Below the pieces are notes generated by a model. That model was not told the DNA's origin, ran no database searches, and saw nothing but the letters and a program-made list of their open reading frames with translations. The position numbers and the translations under genes are program-made. From NCBI GenBank assembly GCA_905178155.1, contig CAJINV010000003.1:11396733-11460732 (forward strand): a DNA stretch of 64,000 nucleotides, in the 5' to 3' direction. This document shows, in pieces, positions 1 to 13,200 of this stretch. Numbering within the stretch: the stretch's first letter is position 1; each line of letters begins with the position of its first letter. This stretch comes from Amoebophrya sp. A120. Taxonomy: Eukaryota; Protista; Dinoflagellata.

Positions 1-100
1 CGCACAAAGGTTCCGACGCTTTTTTGTTTTCCATTCCTAGTCGTCAGCGACTCGCGCTCGCTAAAATTATTCCGAGCGATGGGGCGTCAAATGTCTGGAC

Positions 101-2186
101 TTATGAAAGGGCCTGCGCAACTTGCTGTGGAAGATACACGCCCAATCTTCGGACGGGCTCGAGCTGCAACACTGCTATTAGGTCCAACCCATCTTGCGTT
201 TCCATGATCGCTTCTGCGACGACAACCCTGCTGGACAAGGGTCGTTGTGGTTCGTTCCGGGAGCGCGACTCGACGTCCCCAACTTCTTCTCCGCCGAGAG
301 AGGATATTTTTGCCATGTTTAGCCCTGACGTCGTAACGGCGCCCCGTCTGTTGTTCGTGGTTCGGCGGGCGCCCGCGTTGGTTGAGGTTCTATAATTCGC
401 TGCTACTGGAGGTTCTGGTTGTATCGTCGTCGCCCGATCTTTGCCTTCTCGTGTAGTACCAGCTGCGCCGGTCAGTTGTAGCTGGCCGACCTTATGCTGT
501 GAATAAATGGAAAAACCGAACGCGGGATTTAAAAGGTCCGGGGCCCCCTCACTGGCCCCCGCCTCGTCTCCGTTTTCACTGCCCACATCAAACAACTTTC
601 GGCGTCGTTTGCCATTGTGGTTCCGGCATCTTCGGGCACGCTTTCTCGTACTCCTCCGGATCTTATCGTAAGGAAAAATGCCTCCTCCTCCCCATATCCA
701 AAAGAAAATTTGTAATGCTGCTTTGTGGCCACAAAGACAAATCAGCTCTGTCTTGTGTACAAGGCAAACGGTACCCCTGTGGCGCATTGTGCAGCGAGTC
801 TGTCATGCGTTTTCGCCTATGTCAGACTTGTCTCTCATTCTCAGCTGCTAGCCGGATGCGCACGCAAATCTTCAATGAGGATGAGCTTAGATCATGCCGA
901 CAAGCTCTTGCTGCAATACAAAGCTCATCTGTGCACACCAATCCAGCAACACAATTTGTCTTTTGAATATGGGGTGCGGGCTCATCTTTTCACTTCGATA
1001 GATGTGCAGCTCCTCGTTGTGATCCCCTGCTTTGCCTCCAGCGTGTTTACTCACGGTACTAGTCGCGGCCGTTTCCTTGTCAAGATGAAGAGACGCTCCA
1101 GCTGCAGCTCCTCCCTCGACTTTAGGTCCTGGCTTTAGAGAACACGAGGACCTACTCTCCTCTTTACTTCTGGTAGTCTCGACCTCTCCGGGCGGAGCGT
1201 TGCTCGAAGTCAATGTCGAAGCCAGTTTCAATACGGAAGACGAAGAAGTGCCATCTCCTCCGCTGATGGCAATTTTTGAAGCCGAATTGCTTCCGTCTTC
1301 AGCCACTGGCTCCGGTTCAGGAGAAATTGTCGCACCGGCAAGCAAAACCGCACCCGCTCTCGACTCGGCGCGAAACTTCAATATTGGCCCGATGTCGTGG
1401 TCCGCATCTTTCTCAGCGTTTTCGAGTAGAAGCGAAGTTGCAACGTCTGCAGGCCTAACACGCCTTCTCTTCGACGACGCCAAGCTCTCGCGTTGTATGG
1501 GAATGCCAGATGGAGGTGGGAAATTTGTATATAGAAATGGAAAAATGTAGTTTGTCATGCTAGTCAGCCGACCGCACGGTACCCACTAGGCACGAGCGAC
1601 TTGTGCTGTGCCCTGGTAGGTTCTTTCCTGCAGCACACTTGTTCAGTTCATGCGTTACTATTGTAGTCGAAAGTGATTTTCGCACCCAGCATTTTTTCCG
1701 TATGTTGCACGTCATGGCTTTGCCTTTGGCTTTGGCTTCCGCTGCCCAAGACAACGCTCTCCTCCCCGCTGATGCCCGCCTTGCCTTCCACCGCATATCG
1801 TCCATCATGATCATCTTCCCCCTCGTTCGTCCTCCGGGGTCCTCCAACGCCGGTCCCAGGACTGCGTACCGGCACCAAAGCACTCGCATCCGGATCCGTC
1901 TCTCTCGTCTCCGTTGCTGCCGCGCCAACACTTTTTATCTCTGGTTTGTCTGCGGGCCTTTGGCTTTGGCTTTGCTTTGCCGCCTTGCCGGATGCGTTTG
2001 CAGCCTGCCGAAGCTTCTCCACGTGGGTCGTTGGGGCAGGCGGCGCCGGGAAGCTTGCTGCATTTTTGGCATCTTCGTCGTGGTTGCAGCGCACACGTTT
2101 CGCACCATCTGTCGCGGATTTGGATCTCTTTTCGAAGGCCGAACGGACACCGAAGATGTTTCGCTGAAGATTGCTCTCGTTCGATC
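101..2186 (-). CDS. Hypothetical low-complexity protein, multi-exon, 5' end unresolved
   Basis: Exons ~2186-1703, 1490-1001 and 658-101 join in frame once elements 1496-1702 and 664-1000 (each plus 5 bp) are removed (HDVQH/ESLAS; ELHI/RRSTRK). Canonical TTCTTCCAG acceptor at 2187. No recognisable domain. Confidence 0.55.
664..1000. mobile_element. Introner-like TIR element, family A (337 bp)
   Basis: TATCGTAAGGAAAAATGCC...CCCCATATC and degenerate inverted copy ending CGATA; flanks GATCT/GATGT; removing 342 bp keeps frame. Confidence 0.8.
1496..1702. mobile_element. Introner-like TIR element (207 bp)
   Basis: TATGGGAATG...TTTTTCCGTA degenerate TIR; flanks CGTTG/TGTTG; removing 212 bp joins ORFs 1648-2094 and 887-1558 in frame. 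Confidence 0.65.
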
Positions 2187-5119
2187 CTGGAAGAAATCAT
2201 CACCATCTTCACCCTCGATTATTCGTAGATCGCAAAATACATACAACCGTAGGATGAAGCTATACTGCGTTGCAAAATCCCAGGGGGATTCTTGAATTTT
2301 TGCATAATTGCAGCGAGGAGAACCATGTTGAGGCTTTCTGATTTGCACATCCTGCGAGAAACGGGGCGCGCGAGTTGCGGATACTTGTTCTATTTTGAAA
2401 TGTAAAATCCCAGATGGGGAGTTTGGATTTTCGCAGAGAAATGTAAAATCCCATAGAAGGCAGAAGTGATGCTAGTACGGAGCAGGGCTGGAAGAGCCTG
2501 CGCACCATGTGGCGGGTGCTGCGGCTCTCCTAGTTGTTAGCGTGTGGGCGCTCGAAGCGCACCCGTGGGCACCGGCTCATCGCTGCAGAACGAAAAAATG
2601 CGCTCACTGCAGAACGAAAACTATTCCGCAACGCCTCGAGTGCCCAGAACATGGCTGCGAACTGGTTAGAAGTCGCCTATCGTGCTACAGGTATGCTAAT
2701 ATCCACACATAATTTCCATCCTGCTGCTGGTGACTCTGAACATGATAATCTAGGTGAGTGACCTCCCGGAGGTAATATAGTAGACATGTACTTCAAATCA
2801 AAATTACTCCTGCAAAAATTGCGTCATGATCCTGCAGCTGCACTCGTCTGAGTCTCTTCCCGTCAATTCAATCCTACTGGAAGTAGCTGCACGATGGCAC
2901 TGTGAGGACCTGACGACGAGCTTCCTCCCGATAGGGCCTCATGCCGTACCGCACGAAATGGCTGGTCCTAGTGTTGATATAACAACATCAATTTCGGCTT
3001 ATATTGTCGAAGTGACATTTTTTGTGGCGTGGCAATATCGAAATGAAGGGCAACAATAAGCGAAATGCATATTTATCCTGCGGAGGGATTTTTACGCCTA
3101 AGCCTGACAAATGATTGGCGGCGCTGGCGATGGTTATTCAAACAGGATATATTCAGATAATACTCCAGCACGAGCCGCAATGTATCCCCCGATCTATGCG
3201 TTACAAAAGTATCGCGATTGCAATAGAAATAGTGCACATTACATGACAAAAAACTTTGTTTCTTCAACAGTTCTCACGCAGCTTAATGCAGGAGCCGGCA
3301 GCTAAGCAAATCTGTAGCCGTAAATCCAAATCCGTAGTCTTCACGCATATTTGCATTTTGTACAAGAACAAGAAGTGCGATGCTTTTGCAAAAAATATCA
3401 TCCGAGCCGCGGCGACAAATCCGGCACCTCCACACGGAGTGCCTTCCGCTCAAGAGACATGACTTAAAACAAAAGATACCGACTCGCTCCGGTATGGTTC
3501 GCAAAAAAGATAACTGAGAATGTGACGCGAAAACACAGAAAATACACACAAACGTGCACCGGAGCTCTTTCTTCATTTGATGACTTTCCAGAAGTTCTCT
3601 CCACCATCATCTTTTTCTTTTTGAATTAGCATACTAGCCGGTGTCTTCGCGTCATAATCTTCTTGTGTGTCATTGCCACCTCGATTGGTAATCTATCTAC
3701 GGCTCTTGTCTATAGATGGCGGCTCGGGCTGCCCTCGTCTTTCGCACTTCCTTTTTTTTCTACTAACAAGTCGCTGTTCATGTATGATACTTGTGGGAAT
3801 AACTAATGCTGCAATGACATTTTCTCCGAATTTATTCTACTCGTCTTGCTTCTCAAAATTGGCAACCACCCACTTGCGACTGATCTAAAGTAAAGAATAA
3901 AATGAAATACTCACCGATTCTCCGGAATCGATACCTGAGTATGAGTTGTTTCAGACGCAGATCCACACGGGCGAGGGATGACGCCATCATTCACAGCAAA
4001 ATTGATCAAGATCTGCTCTGCGGTCCAAGAAATACAAAAAGGAAAAGTAGATCAACAAAGCAATCTGCTGATAATACACTAGCCTTTGTCTATCGCGAAG
4101 AGAAGATGATTGCGCTGACTCTCACGACGGAACGCGCGACCAGTGTGCGGACCCGACTTTTCGGAACAAAACAAGGGAGGAGGAGGATCCTTCACACCTG
4201 TTTAAGCTATTATGTGGAACATGACTTCGCAGATCACCCGGAGGAAACGAGCAGGGAGGCACCGCTCTCAGAAGACACACCTAATCGACCAGCATTATCT
4301 CCCGTTCCTTGTACCAATCGCGCCATAATGCAACTACATCTCTTCGAGTCGCGGGCACTGAGGTACACTTTTGCAGCTTCTTCTCTTCGAGCCGCGGCCG
4401 GGTGCGCTCCATCTGCTCACAAGCTTACCCTCTGTGGTGCGGCTGTCTACGCTGGGACGGTCCGGAGCTTGGGCGAGTTTAGGGTCATATTGGGCACCAT
4501 ATTTATATGCTAGGCGCTTGTCCCTTAACTCTGTAGACAATTCGCTGCCTCCGCCCGGGAGCAGCTTGCGGCAGAGCTCACCTCTCCGCTTTCTTCACGA
4601 TCAGGCTCTGCAGGGCGGTAGCGTATTTTTCTTGCTACCACCTTCTCTCGGGTGGCTCTGGCCGGACCTTCGTCTTGTTCTACAAAATCCGCGTCTACGA
4701 AGTCAAGACACGAGTTTTAGCTTCTTTGTTTGATTTGAGATTCTTCCACTTAGCGGCAGCGCTGGAGCGTGGGGAATTCGAATATCCAATAATTCAAAAA
4801 ACGAACACGAAGTTCCCACGAATATAGTCAGCCGCTGCAACTCTACTAGTTTTCAAAATTTTCTATTTGATACCGTTCCAGCTGGGAGGGTCCAGCGAAG
4901 GCATGGCCCCTGGATTCATTTTCTTTCTCCTGCAATCCTTTTTGTCGCTCTTATCTTTTTCGCCTTCAGGTTTTTCGCCTTGATGTTTTTCATCCTTCTG
5001 ATTTCGGTTCCGTTCAGGTAGACATCTATGACTTTCATCTTTACGCGCCGTTCTTCCTTCTTGGTAGCATGGCCCGGGTCCAATTTTTGGGCGCGTAGGC
5101 CTTGCAGGTGTGTTCTTAC

Positions 5120-7220
5120 TTACGCCGATAGATTTTCTCGAAAATCTACTTTGGCAACCGAGTGCAGCCCTGTCTTCATGTAGCGAACCAGTGTTGAGTC
5201 AATCAAAAACGCGGTCGCTGGAACAATTGCGAGGGTGCGATATGAAAAGTTGTCACTCTTGTTTGACTTAATTAGAAACCTGTCGGAAAACCACCACAGG
5301 TGTTGTCGCAAATCGCTATCGCTGAGAAGCCGAGCCCGGTCCTGTGCAAATTGTGCCTCACAGCTGAGTTGGCAGCTTACCCTGTAAAACCTCGGCACAG
5401 TATAGTACGCCCACTGGTCCGCGGGGGCCGAGGGCTCCACCTCGCTGCGCCACACGTCCTGCTGCAGTCGCTCGGAGAGCGGCTTCTGGACCAAAACGTC
5501 GACAAAGTCGTGCTGATTGCTCTTCGGCATGGGGTCGTACCACCGCAGTCCGACGCGGTCGCTGACCGGCGCCAGGTAGGGATCTACGAAGGAGTGATCG
5601 GGATCGGAGCTGTGCTCGTACCGCACGAAGGGATCATAGTCGTGTAGGTCTTGGTGCGCATCGAGCGGCGTCAAGTCGTCGTGCACCGTATCATACTGTG
5701 CAGAATTGAGGCTGAAAAATCCCAGTGCCTCATAGTCACTGAGCGCCCTGTCAAAATCGTTTTGGTACCCGGGGAGGGGAAACCATTCGTGAAACCATTC
5801 ATGGACGCGATCCCACCACGAGCGCCTCTTTTCTGCATTGTGCAACATATCCTTTAGCATGAAGGCCCGAAGCTCCGGACTCTTCTTCATAGTCCATCGA
5901 AGCCAGTCAATGGATGTCCATGGTACGTAATAGCGCTCACCGTTATACCGTACGCGGTTCTCGGAAAAAGCCAAAAGCCGCCGGATTTTCTCCAACTCGT
6001 TCGATCGTTCAGGTTCCGTTCTTGTTTGGTTGCGCTGTGGCAGATTGTGCTCGGCGTCTTCATGTGATGCTCCCGACAGGACCTTCGTCGTACTGCTCCT
6101 TGATGCAGCACCAGTAAGGTTGTGCTCCATCTGGTTCATCTGCTCCACCTCTTCAAGTAACGGCGATGGTAGGACATCTGATGATGTAGGAGGGGCACCG
6201 CTAGCGCTAGTGTTCCCGACAGCATCTTCCGTCGTAACATTCAGCAAGACACACTGACACGCGAGGAGGTCGTCGGTACTTGGATACACCCGCAGGACGT
6301 CGTCGTCTAAAATGTGAAAGTGGCGCAGAGGCCGGGTCTTGTCAAACTTCCCGGACCGGTGGTTGTAGAACATCCGTCGCAACGTCTCCCGCCAAGACGG
6401 TGACGCGGTCGCAGCGGAGTCCGCCGATGCGCCGGAGGACTTGTCGTAGAACATCCGTCCCAACCACTTCCACCACGACTGTGATGCACCAGCCGAACCC
6501 GAGGAAGCTGGGTCATCCGATGCGCCGGAAGAGTTCGGGGTGGAAGTAGAGGTCAATGACGGGCCTCCCGAAGTGCTGGAGCTGCCACTGCCGCGGCGCG
6601 CCGTAAGTGGGTCCGCCACTTCGACTTCCTCTTTGGCATAACTCGGCGGCTCTTCTTTAGGATTCTGCGCAAGTTCTTCGCGTCGTGCTTCTTCCTCGAA
6701 GGAGGTGGACATCACCGGCGGCTGGACTCCTTCCTCGGCACTGTCCGTTTCCACGCCCAGCGGCCTCACTTCTACCGCCGTGGCAAATGAGTCCGACCTA
6801 GCAAAAGACGATGGCCTAGAAGAACTACCCATGCCGCCAAGTGGAGGGTCGTTCTGGTCACTAGCTGCGAGTAGACGGCGCCCCCTTGCGTCTTCCGCTA
6901 GAAGTTCAGTCGTGCCGTCTTGTCCTAAACGTGGTCGCTCCTGTGTGACCACCTCGTCTGTTTCGTCACCCCCCCGTTGCTGCAAAATGATCCCCGGCCC
7001 CATCCTCATGGGTCGATGATGGAGTTTTTGGTTTTTCTTCGTCTGTTGACCGGGGTAGACCAGATGCACGGCTGGCGACGGGAGGGCCCTCCGGCCTTTC
7101 AAGGCTGGCCGCATCCCTCAGATGTTGGTCGGTTAGGCGGGCGTCCGCTCCTGCAAACAGAAACAGGCTCAGCTGTGCCAAAAGCGGCAACAAAGAAGAC
7201 AAAAACATCTTCATAATCAT
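5120..7220 (-). CDS. Secreted hypothetical protein (~700 aa)
   Basis: Signal-peptide-like start MIMKMFLSSLLPLLAQLSLFLFAGADA (ORF 6966-7220) joins the 664-aa ORF 5120-7114 if the C7 run at 6969-6975 is one base shorter. Confidence 0.7.
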
Positions 7221-7248
7221 ATCGGAACCGGCGACAGAAAGTTACTTA

Positions 7249-7561
7249 GAGCGGGGTAACAAAATAAAAAAAGAGGGCCGCGGGGAACCTCTTGTCCACC
7301 CGGCCGGGTGGACAAGAGATTCCCCCCTTTCGCTGCCGGAGCAGCCGGCTCGCCGAGGTCCCCCTCCGCGTTGCCACGTCGGATCTCCGCACCCGGCGAG
7401 CGGCGGGCGACGACGAGGGGGGAGATCCGACATGGCGACGCTGGGGGGGGACCTCTGCGAGCCGGCCGCTCCGGCAGCGAAAGGGGGGAACCTCTTGTCC
7501 ACCCGGCCGGGTGGACAAGAGGTTCCCCGCGGCCCTCTTTTTTTATTTTGTTACCCCGCTC
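7249..7561. mobile_element. Foldback MITE with TTA TSD (PIF/Harbinger Tourist-like)
   Basis: Near-perfect ~140-bp arms starting GAGCGGGGTAACAAAATAAAAAAAGAGGGCC; TTA on both sides; each arm contains the palindrome CTCTTGTCCACCCGGCCGGGTGGACAAGAG. Confidence 0.85.
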
Positions 7562-10253
7562 TTAATAACAAAACGCGCACTCGTTCTTGATTGGCCCAAG
7601 GAAAGCTACTAAAGCCTTGACCAAGTTTCATTAGCATCGTGCTCGCTAGAAGACGAGTTAAGTCTCATGGCAACTTTATATACTCGTGGTCGTTGGAAAA
7701 TGGAAATGCAAATGCATTTAGGTAAATCAATTCTGGCATAGGCACGCTTCCAACCTGTAGCGCCAACATAGTAACTGAGCGCGCCCGCTGCGCACCGAGA
7801 GCTAGCATCTTTTTTAGTGTCCGAAATCTTTACTTCGAGGTGCCGCGAAAGCGTTCCCATGCGTTTCAACTATGCATTTGGAGGTAGGAGTAACAGATTG
7901 ATATCGCCGTGTAGATGACAATCTGCTGAAGCATGAGGAATCCTCAACTCACTGTCACATATTCTGCATTCGTAGGGACTCGTCACAAGTGGCAGCGCAG
8001 GCAGCAGCCGGACCAGAAGCAACGAACTCGCTATAAAAACCGCCAAAATATTTATCCAGCAACGAACTGGATGAACTCCGCAGCGAAGCCTTCGGCATTC
8101 GGCATGAGATAGAGTGGCAAGAACACAAAAGTCCACACTTGTTGTCGTGGTGCCCGTTGTAACACTTCGGTACATGGACCAAGAATCTGACTCGGAGTTT
8201 TGGCAGCCATGATTAGGTGCGAAAAAGTGGGGACTGTGGTGCTGCCAGAGCAACACGAAGATGAAGGTCATAATATTCTATTTTATGTATATAGATGCTG
8301 AGAATGAGATAGAAGAGCTACAGATTTGTTACTCCTCCATTCGTCCCAAACTTCTTCTTCTGGGTTGTTCCTCCAAGAAACAACCGGAAACAACCAGAGG
8401 TTGCTTGTGTCCATCCCGCATCAACGTACCTTTTGCATCTGAGCTCTGAGGAAGCGCACCCATAAATGTTGTGGTAAGCATAAAAATATGAGCCGCAACG
8501 CCGTCTAGATGACATCCAAGATTTTGCGAATCAAGGGCCTCCAGTGCGTCGCTTGTATGATGTCGTGCGATAGTTCATCTTCCCTAGGGCAGTACTCTGG
8601 TAGATCAAAGCTCTCAACATTAAGCTCCTGTCTGCCATGGGACGCTGCTGCAGCCTCTATCGGTAGAGGTTTAGCTTGCATCACTTCTATCTACAGGTAG
8701 CGGCATGGGACCACACAACAAAAATGAGTAAATCCGTCCGGCGTTCAAATCGACCCTCTTGCTTGAAGATCATGTACACAAGAAAAACAAACAATCCCCA
8801 TGAATCGTCCCCGCAAAAGAGTGCCGCGCTTTATTCACTCCAGGATGCTTCATAGAAGTCGTCCCTTGTGAAATCTGAAAACCTCTAAAAGTAAAAAATT
8901 TACAGTAAATACGTCCAGCCTTTTTTTGAAAGGCCGTTGGCGCAATGTCAGAGCACGACAAGTCGACCAACTTCGTTTCTGGCCGCGGGCAAATTTCTTG
9001 GTCCACATAGACTTCGCTTCCGGTTCGATAGACGCGATCCTTCGTGCGTACATTTCCAACAGGCCTGACTATCGTAAGATACATATGTTGGTAGGTTAAA
9101 AGGTGCGACAGGGAAAAGTCAGAAGTAGATACTAACAAACTCAGATGAAGAAAAAAACTGCAGCCACAAGTTGTATTTGATATGATGTATCATACCGATT
9201 ATTTTCGTACCACCTTACATATTGTGCTGCATGTGAACCTGAAGGCTACGCAGTAATAACGCTGTGCTAATCATCATGGGCAGCATCAGCAGTGTCGTAG
9301 CGTACATTTCTACAACTAGAGCTGGTAGCCGCCACCCGCACAGATGCTACATCATCAAAACCGTGATGTATGAGCTGGTACGTAACGGTGACCACGCTTC
9401 TGGTAAAAGAAACCTGCATGTTGACGCTCTTGTATTCGCGTGAGTGTAGTTGCGCTCCTAAAGCAATGTAAATACGGTAAAATGGGGGAAAAATGAGTGC
9501 TGTGAGAAAAAGGCTTCTAGCGTGCTGTCACTGTTTGAACCGGCTGAAAGACTTTTGCGCAACTGGGCGCACTGTTGTTGAAAATGGTAACGGCACTTTC
9601 GAATGACTGTGCCATCTTCTATGCAGCGATGCAAAAAATGCCACTGTTTACGGTTTCGCAGCACCTAAACAATTGTTGTAAGTACTGACTCAGCGGAAGC
9701 GGATCATTGATTCATATCTTCTGTGCAAGAACTCTCTATTCTTGCGTCTCTGCATTCTTTTATCTCACTAGCGCGTCCTCGGTCGTGGTACTTCTATTAT
9801 TTTAGTACTCACAACATCGCGATATGCTTAATCACTGAAGCGTCAGGATAATGTGAAGCTGCGACAACCGCTGGTCTGGGTGAGGAATGACAGGACAAGG
9901 AAGAGCCAGCGGCCATGGTCACACACACCCCTTCTGCTTTGAGCAACTACTCTCAAATGGATCCACGCATACTTACTTGCTTTTATTTTTCACCGCTTAT
10001 ACCTATCGTTGTATGCTGTGATTGTTCACGATTTCGAAACCACGAAAGCAAAGGAAATCATATACATAGACCACATGCATCTATTCTATGTACTTCTTAC
10101 CTATTCATTTTCTGTATTCCTAGAAAGCAAAAAAATGACGCGACGTGCGCTACTACAAAGAAAAAAAAACCTTACGCCTTTGAAACACAGCGTGAGCGTT
10201 TGGTGGCATTGGATATAATGCCTCTCATTCAACAAGCCGCTGCCCTTTTTCCC

Positions 10254-13200
10254 TTATGCACCCGCCAAAGCGGGACTTGCATGCTTAGTTCTCTCCACAG
10301 CAAAAGGCTTCGTGGATTGTCTCTGTCCGTAAGCGTTGTCAGACTTCTCTCGCCCTAGAGAGGGCTCTGCTCTTCCTGCTGAAATTTTCGCGGCAGGGTT
10401 GCTCGACGCAGCATCGATGGGTCCCGACTTGCTCATAGCCAGCAGTTCGGCACATCGCATCAAAAGCTTTCGGGAATAAAACTCCGCGGCCCGCGTCGGC
10501 AAATTGTCCAAGCAGTGCACTGCTTTCTCCAACGCTTTGGTTGCTTGCACAAAAACCTGCAGTTCCGTATAATTCTTTTGATTTAGAAGGTGGAAGTAGT
10601 TCTAGTTGTCGTCTTCAATCATCCATATTCACTTTCACACACAACAATGTGCTTGCAAGCTTACTTTTTTGACAAGTGAATCATATTAATTAATATTATG
10701 TCCCGCAAAAGATGCCCCAGCTACAAATGCTCCTGGAGCCTCCTTCCAACCATGCGACGATTTTTCTTGACTTATTTTTCCCTTTGACATGAAGTAGTCC
10801 ATGGCGCGCTGTATTTTCTTCCGTATAGTATTCGACTTACATCCACCTAGTTTTTGTGATACGTCATTGAAGACAGCCTGATGCACAATCATTGAAGCAG
10901 ACACAGCAATACCACACTAGTTATTCATCATGATGATACCGGAAAGTCGTGGTTGGCCCATGCGTCCTTTGCTTTATAATGCCCCTCGAAATCTGGAGAA
11001 CGGAAAAAAATGTTAACGCTGATGCCCATCTCAAGCTCGTCGGAAGATGCCACCAGAGGCTCTTCTTCATTTTCGTTTTCCTCCTGTCCTCCGTTTTTTC
11101 CGCTTCCGGGAGGGCCCTCACTGTTGCTGCTCTTTCGCGCAGTAAAAATACCCATCTCCGCGTCCCGCTTTGTCTTTGTGTCAGCCGACATTTCTTGGTG
11201 CTGCTTGTTCTCGCCGTCGACAACGAGGCCCAAGGGGAGCTTGATGTTCGCACGATCCTTCGCGCCGAACGAATGCTCATGCTCATTTTGTTCTTTGTCT
11301 TTCATCGCTTCCTCATTATTTTCGATTTCGCCTTTTGTAGTTCCCACCCGAACAAGATTCTCTGCATCAGATGGCAACGGACTAGACTCGTTTTCGTGAG
11401 CAGGGCCTTGACATATCCTGTGTAAAGCCGTCCCCATATACCCCACAGTCAAGATCAAGATGGAAGCTTCGCTACACAAGTCCTGAGCTTTTCGCGCCAG
11501 TCAAGCGTGACAAGACCACAAGTTTGGGTACTTGTATGCAGCCTACGAGGTGTCGATGTTGGGCTAATAAGTACAGCCGCGCACAAGACAAATAAATCAG
11601 TTGCGCGATCCCAATGATAGCAGAGCCGGTTTCCAAACAGGACTACAAGATGAAAAAGGTACTTCAACTAACGCCACTCACGAACATGATGAGCCACAGG
11701 TGTTCCGGGCATGCAGATAAAATGGGGCATGACAGACGCTTTTACTCAGAATATGAAAGTGGCGGCTCTCCTCGCTATCCAGCATCTCATCTCCCTTCTT
11801 CTTGCCATTTTCGGACTGGATGCTGGAGTATGCATTACAAATTGCGATCTGGCTCTGGAAGCTTGCAAAGCTTCTTGACATGCTTGTCTGGTCCATGACG
11901 CTAGATGTATTCTGTGTTGACAGCGCACGGGCACAAAAAGAGCCTTCTGCCTGTCTTGCAAAAACGCAGCTTGCCAACATGCGGAAGTATAAGCAACACA
12001 AATAGAACTTGTCAACAACATGCTGAGATGCTGCTTATTACAGTTGCAGTGCGCCCGAAAAAAATTTATCGGTTGTCATGCGGACTGGCATAGCTACGCG
12101 CTACTTGCAAACCCAGACATGTTTGCAGTTGATATGGACTGGCTCGCTCCAGCACTCCGATTCTTGGTTGAAACCTGTAGTTGAGAAGATGCGACTTACT
12201 AATAACGGAATCCAACAGGATAATACAAAAGAGTGGTCTGGAACGAAGAGCCTCAGAGCCTCAACCACACTTCTCATCCGGTGAGCTACTGAGAATCGAT
12301 GTTTGTAAAAATACGAGGCCTGATGCTGATGCTGGCCATGTGCCCTTTAGCGGGCTGCTGCGTGCTACTCCCTCCAGCAGCCCGAGGACAACTGAGCACC
12401 GATCGAAGTTCGAAATACAAGCCGAGAGAACTACCTCTGTACGTCGAATTTAAGAAATCACTTTCGCAAGATTCGCAACTTTTTTACGTATACTTAACTT
12501 CTTCCCCGTGCGACAGACACCCGAAAATAGTGGACAACATTGCTGCAATAGATCATACCTGCGCTTTATTGTCCGGACAGTCCGCTTCGACCACCTCGGC
12601 GATCGTGGGGAGATCCAGCGACAGCTCCTTGCTATGCTCGTTCGCGGTGAACTCCATGCCTTTCCCCTCTTCTTTTTCGTCTGGTGTACTAGTACCCTCG
12701 TCCTTCTCCAGAAGCTGCTCGTGCTGCGCAACATGATCATGCGGCGCACAAACATCTGTTTTAATGTCTGCGGAGGTGGAGGTGGAGGCGTCGTTCGAAG
12801 GAGGAGGTGCTGGTGCTGCAGCTGCTCCACCCTCCTCGCCTTGTTCCGCGCCGGCCGCAAGAGTCCCAACTTTTTGGGTCGTCCTTCCAGCTACAGCGGT
12901 TCCACACGACGGCGGTTGTTCCCCTTCGTCACGAGGCTGCAGCTTCCCCTGGTGTTGTTCTTGACAAGGAGCAGCAGCCCCTTCTTCCTTCCCTTCCAGC
13001 AAAGAGCTGAGTTTACTATTTTCCTCCAAAAACAACTCGATGGAATTCTTCTTGTGCCGCGGCAAGGGCAACCCCCCGCCCGCGCTCTTCCAAGAGTCCG
13101 CGCTGTTGAGCCGGCTCCGGGGGGTTCCGTACTTGGCGAATTGTTGCTGCTGTAAGAACAGCTGTGTGGTAGTGGAGGTCGAGGAGTGGTCTACTCCACC

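Noticed and set aside
6969-6975. Programmed frameshift or pseudogene
   Set aside because: The break is a single extra base in a C7 homopolymer, most simply a sequencing error.
9682-9710. Resemblance to the 18S rRNA 3' end (GCGGAAG..GATCATT)
   Set aside because: Short gapped match with no flanking rRNA sequence.
7600-10250. Possible small exons (ORFs 7870-8271 and 8770-9138)
   Set aside because: I could not build a consistent gene model or recognise a domain; left unannotated.
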